This document shows positions 18,065 to 28,604 of a stretch of DNA of 64,000 bases, one piece after another (position 1 is the stretch's first letter; every line of letters begins with the position of its first letter). The notes under the pieces were generated by a model. That model was given only the letters and a program-made list of their open reading frames with translations, did not search any database and had not been told where the DNA came from. The stretch comes from an uncultured Clostridia bacterium (GTDB lineage: Bacteria > Bacillota > Clostridia > Oscillospirales > CAG-272): assembly GCA_944384585.1 (NCBI GenBank), contig CALWTY010000004.1, positions 1,563-65,562 of the forward strand, read 5' to 3'. Position numbers and translations under genes: made by a program.

Positions 18065-18653
18065 CGGTCAAACCGCCTTTCTGAAGCAGAATCAGCCGCC
18101 CGAAGCATTCGGGACGGTGGAAATCGGGCGTTTCGGAGGCGACCGGCGACCACATTCCATAGTGGGGGAAGGGGGTCTCGTCGCCGCACTTGAAGAAGTT
18201 TCCCATCAGGCACTGCAGCTCGGCAAAGCCGTAGAGCGCCCGCAGCTTGGCAAGGGAGATTTCCGCGTCGATCTGCCAGCCCTCCGCGCCGATGACGGCA
18301 CGGGGATGGGAGTAGAGAAGATCCGCGTCGATCCTGTCGCGGCGGGAGCGCCCGATCCGACAGACATAGCAGCCGTTGGCGTTGATCTCAAGATTGCAGT
18401 AGCGATCCTCGCCGTTCGGCGCGAAGAAAAATTCCATACAGCTGTCAAGGTGGACGGGAGAGCCGTCCTCCGTGAAGCGGGCAAGGGGCTCTTTTTCCGT
18501 GCAGGTCATACGGAGGGAGAGCTTTTCGTCGTCAAGGGCAAGGCGTGCCGTCGTGCGGGGAGCGTAGCCGTTTTGCTCCCACAGGAAGCAGTCAAGGGCG
18601 GCCTCCGGACTGTGAAGGGCGTCGCTTCCTATAGGAACGAGATACGTTTTCAT
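18051..18653 (-). CDS. Carbohydrate-binding family 9-like (DOMON-like) protein, no signal peptide
   Basis: DSCMEFF, YCNLEINANG, GNFFKCGD, PDFHRPECFG. Confidence 0.75.
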   Translation of the reverse strand: MKTYLVPIGSDALHSPEAALDCFLWEQNGYAPRTTARLALDDEKLSLRMTCTEKEPLARFTEDGSPVHLDSCMEFFFAPNGEDRYCNLEINANGCYVCRIGRSRRDRIDADLLYSHPRAVIGAEGWQIDAEISLAKLRALYGFAELQCLMGNFFKCGDETPFPHYGMWSPVASETPDFHRPECFGRLILLQKGGLTDGTE

Positions 18654-18656
18654 GCG

Positions 18657-21299
18657 TTACGCCTTCCCGACGGGGAGCTGCGCGATGGCGGCCTCGATTC
18701 CCGAAAGGGTTTCCCGACAGCGGGCGAGCTTGGTCCGCTCGGCCTCCACCACGGCAGCGGGCGCTTTGGACAGGAAGCCGGGATTCTCCAGCTTCTTGCC
18801 GAGGCGGTCGATTTCCTTCTCAATCCCCTTCTTCTCACGGGTCAGACGGGTCAGCTCCTTTTCGGTGTCGATCATCTCGGAAAGCGGGATATAGACCGTT
18901 GCGGAATCGGTGACGATCGTAACGGCGTTCTCCCCGCGGTATTCGGAGGGATAGACGGCATCGGAGGCGGAGGCGAGGCGGGTAAAGAAGGGTGTGATGC
19001 TTTCGTTGAAGGTGTCGTGGTAGGCGGAGACGATGTGGAGCGTTGCCTTTTTGGAGGGGGGAACGTTCATCTCGGCGCGGCGGTTGCGCACCGCCTTGAT
19101 GACGGCGATGATACGCTCCATCGCCAGCTCCTCCTCCGGGAAGGTCAGACTGTCGTCGCTGACGGGGAAGGGCGATATCATGATGCTCTCGCCCTCATGC
19201 GGCAGAGCCAGCCATATTTCCTCGGTGATAAAGGGAAGGAAGGGATGCAGCAGCTTCATGGTATTGGACAGCACCCATGCGATGACCTGCTGCGCCGCGG
19301 CATTGTCCTCCGTCCCCTTGGCGTTGAGTCTCGGCTTGAGCAGCTCGATATACCAATCGCAGAAGATGTCCCAGATGAAATCGTAGAGCTTCGAGAGGGC
19401 GATTCCAAGCTCGTATCCGTCGAGATTGGCTCTGACCTCTCCGACAAGACGGTTGAAGAGGGAGAGGATCCACTTGTCCTCCGTCTTGAGAAGGCTGCGG
19501 TCGGGGAGGGCGATCGTGTCGATCGTAAGATTCATCCGGACGAAGCGCGCCGCGTTCCAGATCTTGTTGTTGAAGTTCCGCGCCGCCTCGATCTTCTCGT
19601 CGGAGAAGCGCATATCGTTTCCGGGGGCGTTTCCGGTGGCCAGCGCGAAGCGGAGCGCGTCGGCGCCGTAGCGATCGATGATCTCCAGCGGATCGATGCC
19701 GTTGCCAAGCGATTTTGACATTTTCCTTCCCTTCGCGTCCCGCACCAGCCCGTGAATGAAGACATCGGGGAAGGGAATGTCGTCGGTGTTTTCAAGGCCC
19801 ATGAAGATCATCTTGGAGACCCAGAAGGGGATGATGTCGTAGGCGGTGACAAGAACGTTTGTGGGATAAAAGACGGAGAGATCCTCGGTGCGGTCCGGCC
19901 AGCCCAGCGTCGAGAAGGGCCAGAGCGCGGAGGAGAACCAGGTATCAAGAACGTCGCTGTCCTGCGTGATCGCAGTGCTTCCGCACTTCGGGCAGACGGC
20001 GATGTCCTCCTCCGCGACGGTCATCTCGCCGCAGTCGGCGCAATAGAAGGCGGGGATGCGGTGTCCCCACCAGAGCTGACGGGAGACGCACCAGTCATGA
20101 ATATTCTCCATCCAATTGAGGTAGATCTTGCTGAAGCGGTCGGGGATAAAGCGGATCCTGCCCTCCTTCACGACCTTGATGGCTGGCTCTGCCAGCGGCT
20201 GCATTTTGACAAACCACTGAAGGGAGGCCATCGGCTCGATGACCGTGCCGCAGCGATAGCAGTGCGCAACGTTGTGGCTGATCTCCTCCTTTTTGACCAG
20301 AAGGCCGAGCGCCTCCAGGTCGGCAAGGATCTTCTTTCTCGCCTCATACCGCTCCATTCCGCAGTAGGGGCCGCCGTTTGCATTGACGCAGCCCTTTTCG
20401 TCCAGAATGAGAATCTGAGGCAGATCGTGACGAAGCCCCATCTCGAAGTCGTTGGGGTCGTGGCAGGGGGTGATCTTGACGCAGCCTGTGCCGAATTCCT
20501 GCTCGACATATTCGTCTGCAATGACGGGGATCTGCCTTCCGACCAGCGGCAGCTCCAGCATTTTCCCGATCAGGTGAGCATAGCGCCCGTCGTTCGGGTT
20601 GACGGCGACGGCGGTATCTCCGAGCATCGTTTCGGGACGGGTGGTGGCAATGGTGACGAATTCCTCCGAACCGACCACGGGGTACCGGATATACCAGAAG
20701 CCGCCGTTCAGCTCTTTATGCTCCGCCTCCGCGTCGGAGAGGGCGGTATTGCAGTGGGGACACCAGTTGGTGATCCGAAGGCCGCGGTAGATCAGCCCCT
20801 TGCGGTAAAGCGAGACAAAGGTCTTTCTGACCGCCGCAGAAAGGGTCTGATCCATCGTGAAGGCCTCATGCTCCCAATCGCAGGAGGCGCCGATCTTCTT
20901 GAGCTGACCGATGATCCGGTTCCCGTAGCGGTTCTTCCAATCCCAGACGAGTTTGAGGAACTCCTCCCGTCCGATATCGTGGCGGGTGAGGCCCTTTTCC
21001 TTGCGGAGCATCTCCTCGACCTTGATCTGGGTAGCGATGCCGGCGTGATCCGTCCCCGGGACCCAAAGGGTGTTATAGCCCTGCATCCGCTTGGCGCGGA
21101 CGATGATATCCTGAAGCGTGTCGTTCAGGGCGTGTCCCATATGGAGCTGACCCGTTACGTTGGGGGGCGGGATCACGACGGAGAAGGGCGGGGCACTGCG
21201 ATCGCCGGAGGGCTTGAAATACCCGCTTTCCTCCCATTTCCGATAGAGCCTGTCCTCGAATTCCGAGGGGTTATAGGTTTTTGACAGTTCGTTTTGCAT
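18657..21299 (-). CDS. valS: Valine--tRNA ligase
   Basis: [38 protein letters not shown]; start MQNELSKTY at 21299. Confidence 0.98.
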   Translation of the reverse strand: MQNELSKTYNPSEFEDRLYRKWEESGYFKPSGDRSAPPFSVVIPPPNVTGQLHMGHALNDTLQDIIVRAKRMQGYNTLWVPGTDHAGIATQIKVEEMLRKEKGLTRHDIGREEFLKLVWDWKNRYGNRIIGQLKKIGASCDWEHEAFTMDQTLSAAVRKTFVSLYRKGLIYRGLRITNWCPHCNTALSDAEAEHKELNGGFWYIRYPVVGSEEFVTIATTRPETMLGDTAVAVNPNDGRYAHLIGKMLELPLVGRQIPVIADEYVEQEFGTGCVKITPCHDPNDFEMGLRHDLPQILILDEKGCVNANGGPYCGMERYEARKKILADLEALGLLVKKEEISHNVAHCYRCGTVIEPMASLQWFVKMQPLAEPAIKVVKEGRIRFIPDRFSKIYLNWMENIHDWCVSRQLWWGHRIPAFYCADCGEMTVAEEDIAVCPKCGSTAITQDSDVLDTWFSSALWPFSTLGWPDRTEDLSVFYPTNVLVTAYDIIPFWVSKMIFMGLENTDDIPFPDVFIHGLVRDAKGRKMSKSLGNGIDPLEIIDRYGADALRFALATGNAPGNDMRFSDEKIEAARNFNNKIWNAARFVRMNLTIDTIALPDRSLLKTEDKWILSLFNRLVGEVRANLDGYELGIALSKLYDFIWDIFCDWYIELLKPRLNAKGTEDNAAAQQVIAWVLSNTMKLLHPFLPFITEEIWLALPHEGESIMISPFPVSDDSLTFPEEELAMERIIAVIKAVRNRRAEMNVPPSKKATLHIVSAYHDTFNESITPFFTRLASASDAVYPSEYRGENAVTIVTDSATVYIPLSEMIDTEKELTRLTREKKGIEKEIDRLGKKLENPGFLSKAPAAVVEAERTKLARCRETLSGIEAAIAQLPVGKA

Positions 21300-21354
21300 G
21301 GCTGGCTTCTCCTTATCTCCGGAATTTGTCGGGGCATCCGCTGTCGGACGAGCC

Positions 21355-21610
21355 GAAAAAAACTGCGCCCTGTCGACACAGGACGCAGTATTGCGCGGTA
21401 CCACCTGATTTCGCGCCGAAGCGCGCACTCTTTTCGCGTTGCCGCACGCGGGGGCGGCGGATTCTACTGACAGCGGGCGGCCGACTGACGGCGGGCTGCG
21501 TTCTTTCCGCGGCGCGGAGGGCGACTTCATCGGACATTCGCCGCGGCGCTTTCAGCAGGGTGTGCCGCTCTCTGTGGACGTGTTTCCGATTACTCCTCGA
21601 TCCGATCGCC
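21355..21610 (-). promoter_or_regulatory. T-box riboswitch leader of valS
   Basis: Minus strand: AGTA/GAA loop-E motif, AGAGAGC and GCTGAAAGC distal motifs, candidate specifier GUC (21523-21525), T-box CAGGTGGTACCGCG (21394-21407), terminator CTGCGTCCTG..CAGGGCGCAG-T7. Confidence 0.9.
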
Positions 21611-21623
21611 TGAATACCCTTTC

Positions 21624-21652
21624 ATTATAGCTTGAATTCAACCTTTTGTCAA
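21624..21652 (-). promoter_or_regulatory. Consensus sigma-A promoter for valS
   Basis: TTGACA-N17-TATAAT. Confidence 0.85.
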
Positions 21653-21921
21653 GAGTGTTTTTTTCAAACCGTGGCGGAATTGCGGCGGGAAAGTCCTCCG
21701 TACCGCGCATGATTTACGGTGTTTACCCATAATGCAGCCGATGCTCCGGGGTGGGGCTTGTGACGGCCGAAGGGGAGGCGGCCTGAAACGGAAGCCGATA
21801 TGAAAACGATGCACAGCAGCGTGCGGCAGCCGAAGAGCGGTACGCGGGAGGCGGCACGCGGGACGGTTTTTGGACGTACCGTTAAATAATTATGAAAAAC
21901 GCCGAAATTGCAGAAATCGTG

Positions 21922-21950
21922 TTTACAAATTCACAAAAGAGTGGTATGAT
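21922..21950 (+). promoter_or_regulatory. Sigma-A promoter for pyrH
   Basis: TTTACA-N17-TATGAT with extended TG. Confidence 0.7.
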
Positions 21951-22040
21951 AGGTATAGATTTTTTATGCGATAATGGAGCGGGGCTTCCGCCATGCCTCG
22001 TATCGGGAGGAACGTCGTTCTGCAGGAAAACGGAGGGTTT

Positions 22041-22760
22041 ATGGAACAGACAACACGGTATAAAAGAGTGCTGATCAAATTGTCGGGAGAAGCGCTGGCG
22101 ACCGGGATCACCGGAGGGATTCTCAACTACGATTTCGTGAGGGACATCTGCCTCGCCATCAAGGAATGCGGCGAGATGGGCGTCCAGACGGCGCTGGTGG
22201 TCGGCGCGGGCAACATCTGGAGAGGACGGCAGGGCGAAAAAATGGATCGCACCAGAGCCGACCATATGGGGATGCTCGCCACCGCGATCAACGCTCTGGC
22301 CCTTCAGGATGCCTTCGTGCAGATCGGGGTGGACTGCCGCGTGATGACGGCGATCGCCATGCATGAGGTGGCGGAGCCTTATATCCGCAACAAGGCGGTC
22401 GCGCATCTGGAGAAGGGACGCACCGTGATCTTCGGCTGCGGGATCGGAAGCCCCTTCTTCTCCACCGACACCACCGCCGTTCTCCGTGCCGCCGAGATCA
22501 ACGCAGACGTTGTGATGATGGCAAAGAACATCGACGGTGTCTATACCGCCGATCCCCGCCTCGACGCAGGGGCCGTCAAGCTTGACGAGTTGAGTTATAT
22601 GGATATTCTGAGCCGCGAGCTGCGGGTGATTGACAGCACCGCCGCCTCCTTCGGAAAGGATAATCACATCCCGCTGCATATCTTCGGCATCAACGATCCT
22701 TACAATATCGTCCGGGCGGTCAGGGGCGAAAAGATCGGCACGATCGTCACGGGCGCATAA
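22041..22760 (+). CDS. pyrH: UMP kinase
   Basis: KRVLIKLSGEALA, GAGNIWRG, DHMGMLAT, FSTDT. Confidence 0.97.
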   Translation: MEQTTRYKRVLIKLSGEALATGITGGILNYDFVRDICLAIKECGEMGVQTALVVGAGNIWRGRQGEKMDRTRADHMGMLATAINALALQDAFVQIGVDCRVMTAIAMHEVAEPYIRNKAVAHLEKGRTVIFGCGIGSPFFSTDTTAVLRAAEINADVVMMAKNIDGVYTADPRLDAGAVKLDELSYMDILSRELRVIDSTAASFGKDNHIPLHIFGINDPYNIVRAVRGEKIGTIVTGA

Positions 22761-22798
22761 GAGAAAAACAATCCTATCTGAGAAAGGAATTGCATAGT

Positions 22799-23353
22799 AT
22801 GAAGCTGGATACGAAAGAATTCGAAGAAAAAATGAAAAAGAGCGCGGCGGTTTACGAGTCCGAGTTGGGAACGATCCGGGTCGGCAGAGCCAACGCCTCG
22901 GTGCTTGACAAGATCACCGTCGATTACTACGGCACGCCGACGCAGATCAACGCGATGGCGCAGATTTCGATCCCCGACGCGCGCACGATGGTCATTCAGC
23001 CCTGGGACGCCTCGACGCTGAAGTCGATCGAAAAGGCGATTCTGGCTTCCGATCTCGGTCTCAATCCCCAGAACGACGGCAAGGTGCTTCGCCTGATGTT
23101 CCCGATGCTGACGGAGGATCGGCGCAAGGAGCTGTCCAAGCAGGTTTCGAAGATGGGGGAGGAGGCGAAGGTCGCCATCCGCAACATCCGCCACGCCGCC
23201 AACGACAAGTGCAAGGAGCTGCAGAAGAAATCGGAAATGACCGAGGACGAGCAGAAGATTTCGGAAAAGGCGGTGCAGGAGCTTACCGATAAATACATCA
23301 AGGAAATCGACGCCATCACGGCGAAGAAGACCAAGGATATCATGGCGATCTGA
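22799..23353 (+). CDS. frr: Ribosome recycling factor
   Basis: IRVGRAN, YYGTPT, LTEDRRKEL, AKVAIRNIR. Confidence 0.97.
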   Translation: MKLDTKEFEEKMKKSAAVYESELGTIRVGRANASVLDKITVDYYGTPTQINAMAQISIPDARTMVIQPWDASTLKSIEKAILASDLGLNPQNDGKVLRLMFPMLTEDRRKELSKQVSKMGEEAKVAIRNIRHAANDKCKELQKKSEMTEDEQKISEKAVQELTDKYIKEIDAITAKKTKDIMAI

Positions 23354-23396
23354 ACGCCTGTCCCGCTCCGGCGGAAGCGCGTTCCGATTGAAAACG

Positions 23397-23430
23397 GGGG
23401 CTGTTTCGCTCGGTGAAAACAGCCCCTTTT
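23397..23430 (+). terminator. Terminator-like hairpin after frr
   Basis: GGGGCTGTTT...AAACAGCCCC-TTTT. Confidence 0.55.
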
Positions 23431-23450
23431 GCAGAATGAAGGGAAACGGG

Positions 23451-24179
23451 ATGATCACACGGCTTTTGGGAAAACGCGGCGCGGGACGGAAGGTGAATGC
23501 CGAGGGGAAGCTCCGGCATATCGCGTTTATCATGGACGGCAACGGCCGATGGGCAAAAAAACGGGGGATGCCCCGTACATACGGTCACGCGGCGGGAGCC
23601 GCCGTTTTTAAAAGGATCATCGAATACTGCGGAAAGATCGGGATCGGCGCGGTCACGGTCTACGCGTTCTCGACGGAAAACTGGAAGAGGCCGAAGGAAG
23701 AGGTCGACGCGATCATGAAAATCTTCCGCGATTATCTGGACGAGGCGGAGCGCAGCTTTTCTCAAAAGGATATTCAACTCCACTTCCTCGGAAGCAAGTC
23801 GGTCTTCCCGGAGGAGACGGCCAAACGGATGACGGCGCTGGAAAAGGCCTCCGCCGGCAGGCGGCTGATCCTCAATATCGCCGTCAATTACGGCGGACGG
23901 GACGAGATCGTCCACGCCGTGAACGAGCTGATCCGGGAGGGACGCACCGAGATATGCGAGGAGGATATCACCTCCCATCTCTACACCAAGGACAGCCCGC
24001 CCCCCGATCTGATCGTCAGAACCGGGGCGGAGAAGCGGATCTCCAATTTTCTGCTCTGGGAGGCGGCTTACGCCGAACTGTATTTTACTGACGTGCTGTG
24101 GCCCGATTTTGACGAGCGGCAGGTCGATCTCTGCGTCGCGGATTTCTATGCGCGGAAGCGCCGGTTCGGCGGGATCTGA
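23451..24179 (+). CDS. uppS: Undecaprenyl diphosphate synthase (cis-isoprenyl transferase); start uncertain
   Basis: HIAFIMDGNGRWA, YAFSTENWKRP, IVRTGAEKRISNFLLW. Confidence 0.95.
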   Translation: MITRLLGKRGAGRKVNAEGKLRHIAFIMDGNGRWAKKRGMPRTYGHAAGAAVFKRIIEYCGKIGIGAVTVYAFSTENWKRPKEEVDAIMKIFRDYLDEAERSFSQKDIQLHFLGSKSVFPEETAKRMTALEKASAGRRLILNIAVNYGGRDEIVHAVNELIREGRTEICEEDITSHLYTKDSPPPDLIVRTGAEKRISNFLLWEAAYAELYFTDVLWPDFDERQVDLCVADFYARKRRFGGI

Positions 24180-24242
24180 CGCGCCGCTTCTTTGTCCCGC
24201 GCTTCCCGTCGGGAACCTCTCATGTTTCGGAAAGGAATTGAT

Positions 24243-25070
24243 ATGAAAACTCGGGTTTTGACGGCTGTGGTGATGGTTGCAGTGATGGTTCCGTTCTTTG
24301 TCTTTTCGGATACCGTCGCTTTTACCCTGCTGATCGCGTGTCTGGCTGCCGTCGGTGTGTTTGAGATGCAGCGCTGCATCGGAGCGGAGCGTTTTTATCC
24401 GACGCTGCTCCCGCTTTTGGCCGTGTCGCCGGGAATGCCGTTTCTGCTGCGTCAGCTTGGGGAGGGAGCGCTCGGTTGGGCATTTCTGCTCTCCTTTTCC
24501 CTGATTACCTATACCTTCGCGGCGGCGGTTTTTTCCAAATCCCGCCTGTCGGTGGAGCAGGCAGGTCTTTCCTCCGTCACGACGATTTATATCGCCTTCG
24601 GCTTTTCCTCGATCCTGCTCCTGCGCGATCTTCCGCACGGTGAGTATATCTATTTTCTCGCCTTCATCATTCCGTGGGTTACCGATACCTTCGCCTATTT
24701 CTGCGGATGTGCCTTCGGAAAACATAAGCTGATCCCGGATGTAAGCCCCAAAAAGACGGTGGAGGGCTCGGTGGGGGGCACGGTCTCTGCCGTCGGCGTG
24801 ACGCTGCTCTACGGTCTTTTGATCGGCTCTTTGACGGAATCTCAACCGAATTGGCTCGGTATTGCCGTTGTCGCGGGGGTGGTCAGCCTTCTTTCGCAGT
24901 GCGGCGATCTGATCATGTCGCTGATCAAGCGGAAATTCGGAATCAAGGACTACGGACGCATATTCCCGGGTCACGGAGGCGTGCTTGACCGCTTTGACAG
25001 TATCCTCTGCACAGCGCCCTTCCTCTATTTTCTGACCTCCTGCGTCCCGGCCCTCCGGTTGTTTACATGA
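24243..25070 (+). CDS. cdsA: Phosphatidate cytidylyltransferase
   Basis: DTFAYF, SPKKTVEG, GDLIMSLIKR..IKDYG..PGHGGVLDRFDS. Confidence 0.96.
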   Translation: MKTRVLTAVVMVAVMVPFFVFSDTVAFTLLIACLAAVGVFEMQRCIGAERFYPTLLPLLAVSPGMPFLLRQLGEGALGWAFLLSFSLITYTFAAAVFSKSRLSVEQAGLSSVTTIYIAFGFSSILLLRDLPHGEYIYFLAFIIPWVTDTFAYFCGCAFGKHKLIPDVSPKKTVEGSVGGTVSAVGVTLLYGLLIGSLTESQPNWLGIAVVAGVVSLLSQCGDLIMSLIKRKFGIKDYGRIFPGHGGVLDRFDSILCTAPFLYFLTSCVPALRLFT

Positions 25071-25083
25071 AGGGGTCAGAGAC

Positions 25084-26250
25084 ATGACGGAACGATTGGC
25101 GGTGCTGGGCTCGACGGGGTCTGTCGGAAGGCAGGCGCTTGATGTCTGCCGGCACGGAAAAATCAAGGTGACTGCCCTCGCGGCAGGGAGGGATATTGAT
25201 TCCCTCGAACAACAGATCCGGGAATTCGCTCCGGAATATTGCGGCGTTTCCGACGAGGAGGCTGCCGCTGTGCTGCGGGTGCGCGTTGCCGATACCGCGA
25301 CCGAGGTGCTGGGCGGGGCTTTTGCCGCCGAGCGGGTCGCGGCGCTCTGCTCCGCCGATACGATTCTCAATGCCGTCTCGGGGATCGCGGGGCTTCGTCC
25401 CACGCTGGCTGCGGCGAAAAGCGGAAAGCATATCGCCCTTGCCAACAAGGAGTCGCTGGTTACCTACGGGGAGCGGGTGACTGCTCTGATCAAAGAGAAG
25501 GGTGTCAGGCTGCTGCCGGTCGACAGCGAGCATTCCGCAATCCTTCAGTGTCTGACGGGACAGCAGATCAAGCGGCTGATCCTGACCGCCTCCGGCGGAC
25601 CGTTTTACGGAAGATCGGGGGAGGAGCTTGCCGCCGTCACCGCGGAGGAGGCACTCTCACATCCGACCTGGCGCATGGGAAGCCGCATCACCGTCGATTC
25701 CGCCACCATGATGAACAAGGGCTTCGAGGTGATCGAGGCGATCTGGCTTTTCGGCGTGCGTCCGGAGCAGGTCGAGGTCGTCGTCCACCGGGAGAGTATA
25801 ATCCATTCGATGGTGGAATATATTGATAACGCCGTCATCGCGCAGATGGGACTGCCCGACATGAGACTCTGCGTGCAGTATGCGCTCACCTGCCCGCAAC
25901 GACTTGAAAGCCCCGTCGGTTCGCTGGATTTCGGCAGGCTTTGCACCCTGACCTTCGGCCAGCCGGACGGGGTGAATTTCCCGCTGCTTCCCCTGGCATA
26001 TCGGGCGGTTTCGCGGGGCGGCGTGACGCCGGCCGCCATGAACGGCGCTGACGAGGAGGCCGTCCGTCTGTTTCTGTCCGGGAAGATCTCCTTCCCGGCG
26101 ATTTCCGCGCTGGTTGCCGAGGCAACCGAGCGCGCGCCGACGGTAATGTCACCGTGTCTTGAGGAAATCGAGGCTGCCGATGCCGAGGCAAGGCGGCTTG
26201 TCCGGGAGCTGGCCAAGAGACGGGAGTACGCGCCCCGTCCCCGCATTTGA
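25084..26250 (+). CDS. dxr: 1-deoxy-D-xylulose-5-phosphate reductoisomerase
   Basis: LGSTGSVG, LANKES, PVDSEHSA, HPTWRMG, NKGFEVIEA. Confidence 0.97.
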   Translation: MTERLAVLGSTGSVGRQALDVCRHGKIKVTALAAGRDIDSLEQQIREFAPEYCGVSDEEAAAVLRVRVADTATEVLGGAFAAERVAALCSADTILNAVSGIAGLRPTLAAAKSGKHIALANKESLVTYGERVTALIKEKGVRLLPVDSEHSAILQCLTGQQIKRLILTASGGPFYGRSGEELAAVTAEEALSHPTWRMGSRITVDSATMMNKGFEVIEAIWLFGVRPEQVEVVVHRESIIHSMVEYIDNAVIAQMGLPDMRLCVQYALTCPQRLESPVGSLDFGRLCTLTFGQPDGVNFPLLPLAYRAVSRGGVTPAAMNGADEEAVRLFLSGKISFPAISALVAEATERAPTVMSPCLEEIEAADAEARRLVRELAKRREYAPRPRI

Positions 26251-26273
26251 GATTATAGCAAGGAGCTCTAACG

Positions 26274-27305
26274 ATGTTGAATATACTGATCGCAATCCTG
26301 ATCTTCGGCTTTATGATCCTGATCCACGAGCTCGGTCACTTCGTCGTGGCGCGGCTCTGCAAGGTGAAGGTCAACGAGTTTTCCATCGGCATGGGACCGA
26401 AGCTGGTGCAGAAAAAATCCGGAAAAACCGGCATCGCCTATACCCTCCGTCTTCTTCCGATCGGCGGCTACGTCAGTATGGAGGGGGAAGAGGAGGATTC
26501 CGAGTGTGAGAATTCCTACAGCAAAAAACCGATCTGGCAGCGATTTCTGATTACGGTGGCGGGTGCGGTGATGAATCTGCTTGTCGGCATCATCATCACC
26601 TGCGTGATCGCCGGACGTCTCTCTGCGTATGCGTCGACCGAGATTGCCGGCTTTGCCGAGAATTCCGTTTCCCAGGCCTCCGGGCTTCAGGAGGGCGACG
26701 TGATCGTCAAGATCGGCGGGACGCGGATTCATACCTATTACGATTTGTCCTATACCATCTCCCACGATGCGGTGGAGAAGATCGACGTGACCGTCATCCG
26801 CGACGGAGAGCGCGTGGTGGTTCCCGATGTCGGGTTTCCCACCGAGACGGTGGCGGGGGTGACCCTTGCCCGCTGGGATTTTTCCCTCTGCCGGGAGGAC
26901 AAAACCTTCGGAAATACCATCAAGCACGCCTTCTGGCAGTCGGTGACCTCGGTCCGGATGATCTGGGATTCCCTGATCGATCTTGTGACGGGGCGCTACG
27001 GAGTCGAGGCGATGTCAGGGCCGATCGGGATCACCTCCGAGATCGGCGCGGCGGTGGAGGCCGACGACGGCGGGGCATATCTTCTGTCACTGACGGCGCT
27101 GATCGCCCTGAACCTCGGCGTCTTTAACCTCCTCCCGATCCCGGTGCTGGACGGCGGCAACATTCTCTTCATGCTGATTGAGCTGATCCGCCGCAAGCCC
27201 CTGAAGCGGGAGACCGAGGGGATGCTTAAGTTCATTACCTTCGCGCTGTTGATGCTGCTGATGCTGTTTGTCACCTTCCAGGATATTTCAAAGCTGGTCA
27301 AATAA
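26274..27305 (+). CDS. rseP: Site-2 (M50) zinc metalloprotease with PDZ domain
   Basis: IHELGH, NLLPIPVLDGG. Confidence 0.95.
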   Translation: MLNILIAILIFGFMILIHELGHFVVARLCKVKVNEFSIGMGPKLVQKKSGKTGIAYTLRLLPIGGYVSMEGEEEDSECENSYSKKPIWQRFLITVAGAVMNLLVGIIITCVIAGRLSAYASTEIAGFAENSVSQASGLQEGDVIVKIGGTRIHTYYDLSYTISHDAVEKIDVTVIRDGERVVVPDVGFPTETVAGVTLARWDFSLCREDKTFGNTIKHAFWQSVTSVRMIWDSLIDLVTGRYGVEAMSGPIGITSEIGAAVEADDGGAYLLSLTALIALNLGVFNLLPIPVLDGGNILFMLIELIRRKPLKRETEGMLKFITFALLMLLMLFVTFQDISKLVK

Positions 27306-27306
27306 G

Positions 27307-28386
27307 ATGGAATACAACCGATACAGAAGAAATTCACGTCAGATCAGGGTCGGAAGCCGCAGCGTCGGCGGCGACGCGCCGATTACGGTGCAGTCGATGA
27401 CCAACGTTTCAAGCGGCGATTTCGACGCGCTCTGCCGTCAGATCAAGGCGCTGGAGGCAGAGGGCTGCGACATCGTGCGGATGACCGTCCCCGACGACGA
27501 AGCGGTGCGGAATCTTGCGCGGCTGAAGGAAGCGGGGCTTTCGATCCCGATCGTGGCCGATATCCATTTCAACTTCCGTCTCGCCGTCGAAAGCGCGGCG
27601 GCAGGCGCCGATAAGATCCGCATCAACCCCGGTAATATCGGCGGTGAGGATCGGGTCAGGGCGGTGGTCGCCGCCTGTCGGCGCGCCGGCATTCCGATCC
27701 GCATCGGGGTAAACGGCGGATCTCTTGAAAAAGAGCTGCTCGCAAAATACGGCGCGCCCCTTCCGGAGGCGCTGGCGGAAAGCGCAATGGGGCATATCCG
27801 CCTGCTTGAAAAATACGATTTTTACGATACGATCGTCGCCGTCAAGTCCTCTGACGTCAGGACAATGATCGCCGCCAACCGCCTCCTTGCCGAGCGCTGC
27901 GATTATCCGCTCCATCTCGGTGTGACGGAGGCGGGGACGCACCGGCTCGGTACGCTCCGCTCCGCCGCCGGGATCGGCTCGCTGCTCTGCGATGGCATCG
28001 GGGATACGATACGGGTTTCCCTGACCGACGATCCCGTCAAGGAGGTCAGGGAGGGGAAGGCAATCCTCCGCTCGCTCGGACTCGATCCGCAGTCCGCGAT
28101 CCGGGTCGTCTCCTGCCCCACCTGCGGCAGAACCAAGATCGACATGATTGCCATTGCCACCGAACTGGAGGAGAAGCTGTCGCGGATTGAGACGCGCCGC
28201 CCCCTGACGGTGGCGGTCATGGGCTGTGCCGTCAACGGTCCGGGCGAGGCGCGGGAGGCCGATATCGGCATCGCGGGGGGAGACGGGGAGGCGCTCCTCT
28301 TCCGCCGCGGGGAGATCCTCGGCAAGCTGCCGGAGGAAGAGTTGATAAAACGGCTGATTGAGGAGGTCAGGCGGCTTGCCGAATGA
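27307..28386 (+). CDS. ispG: HMBPP synthase (flavodoxin-dependent)
   Basis: VQSMTN, IVADIHF, RINPGN, LHLGVTEAG, CPTCGRT, MGCAVNGPGE. Confidence 0.97.
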   Translation: MEYNRYRRNSRQIRVGSRSVGGDAPITVQSMTNVSSGDFDALCRQIKALEAEGCDIVRMTVPDDEAVRNLARLKEAGLSIPIVADIHFNFRLAVESAAAGADKIRINPGNIGGEDRVRAVVAACRRAGIPIRIGVNGGSLEKELLAKYGAPLPEALAESAMGHIRLLEKYDFYDTIVAVKSSDVRTMIAANRLLAERCDYPLHLGVTEAGTHRLGTLRSAAGIGSLLCDGIGDTIRVSLTDDPVKEVREGKAILRSLGLDPQSAIRVVSCPTCGRTKIDMIAIATELEEKLSRIETRRPLTVAVMGCAVNGPGEAREADIGIAGGDGEALLFRRGEILGKLPEEELIKRLIEEVRRLAE

Positions 28387-28403
28387 CCACCCTCCGGGGC
28401 CGC

Positions 28404-28515
28404 GGAACCGAATTCTGCGCCCCGATCGACAGACAGGACAGCGGCGGGAGCAGGAACCGGAGTCTGCGCCCCGATCGGCAGACAGGACAGCGACGGGAGC
28501 GGGAACCGGCTTCTC
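28404..28515. repeat. Two tandem 49-bp copies plus a partial third, between ispG and polC
   Basis: GGAACCG..TCTGCGCCCCGATCG.CAGACAGGACAGCG.CGGGAGC units at 28404 and 28453; partial copy at 28502. Confidence 0.85.
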
Positions 28516-28604
28516 CCCCCGGACGTCGGGTGACAGCCGATCCGATGTGCGGCCGCTCCCCGCAGGGAAGGTTCTGACATTTTTGCGACAAAGGAGCGAG
28601 ATCG

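Noticed and set aside
21300-21530. N-terminal extensions in the ORF track (valS, xer, nucleotidyltransferase, acp, ybeY, tepA, htrA and others)
   Set aside because: They run through leaders or promoters; starts were moved to downstream codons with RBS and family-typical N-termini
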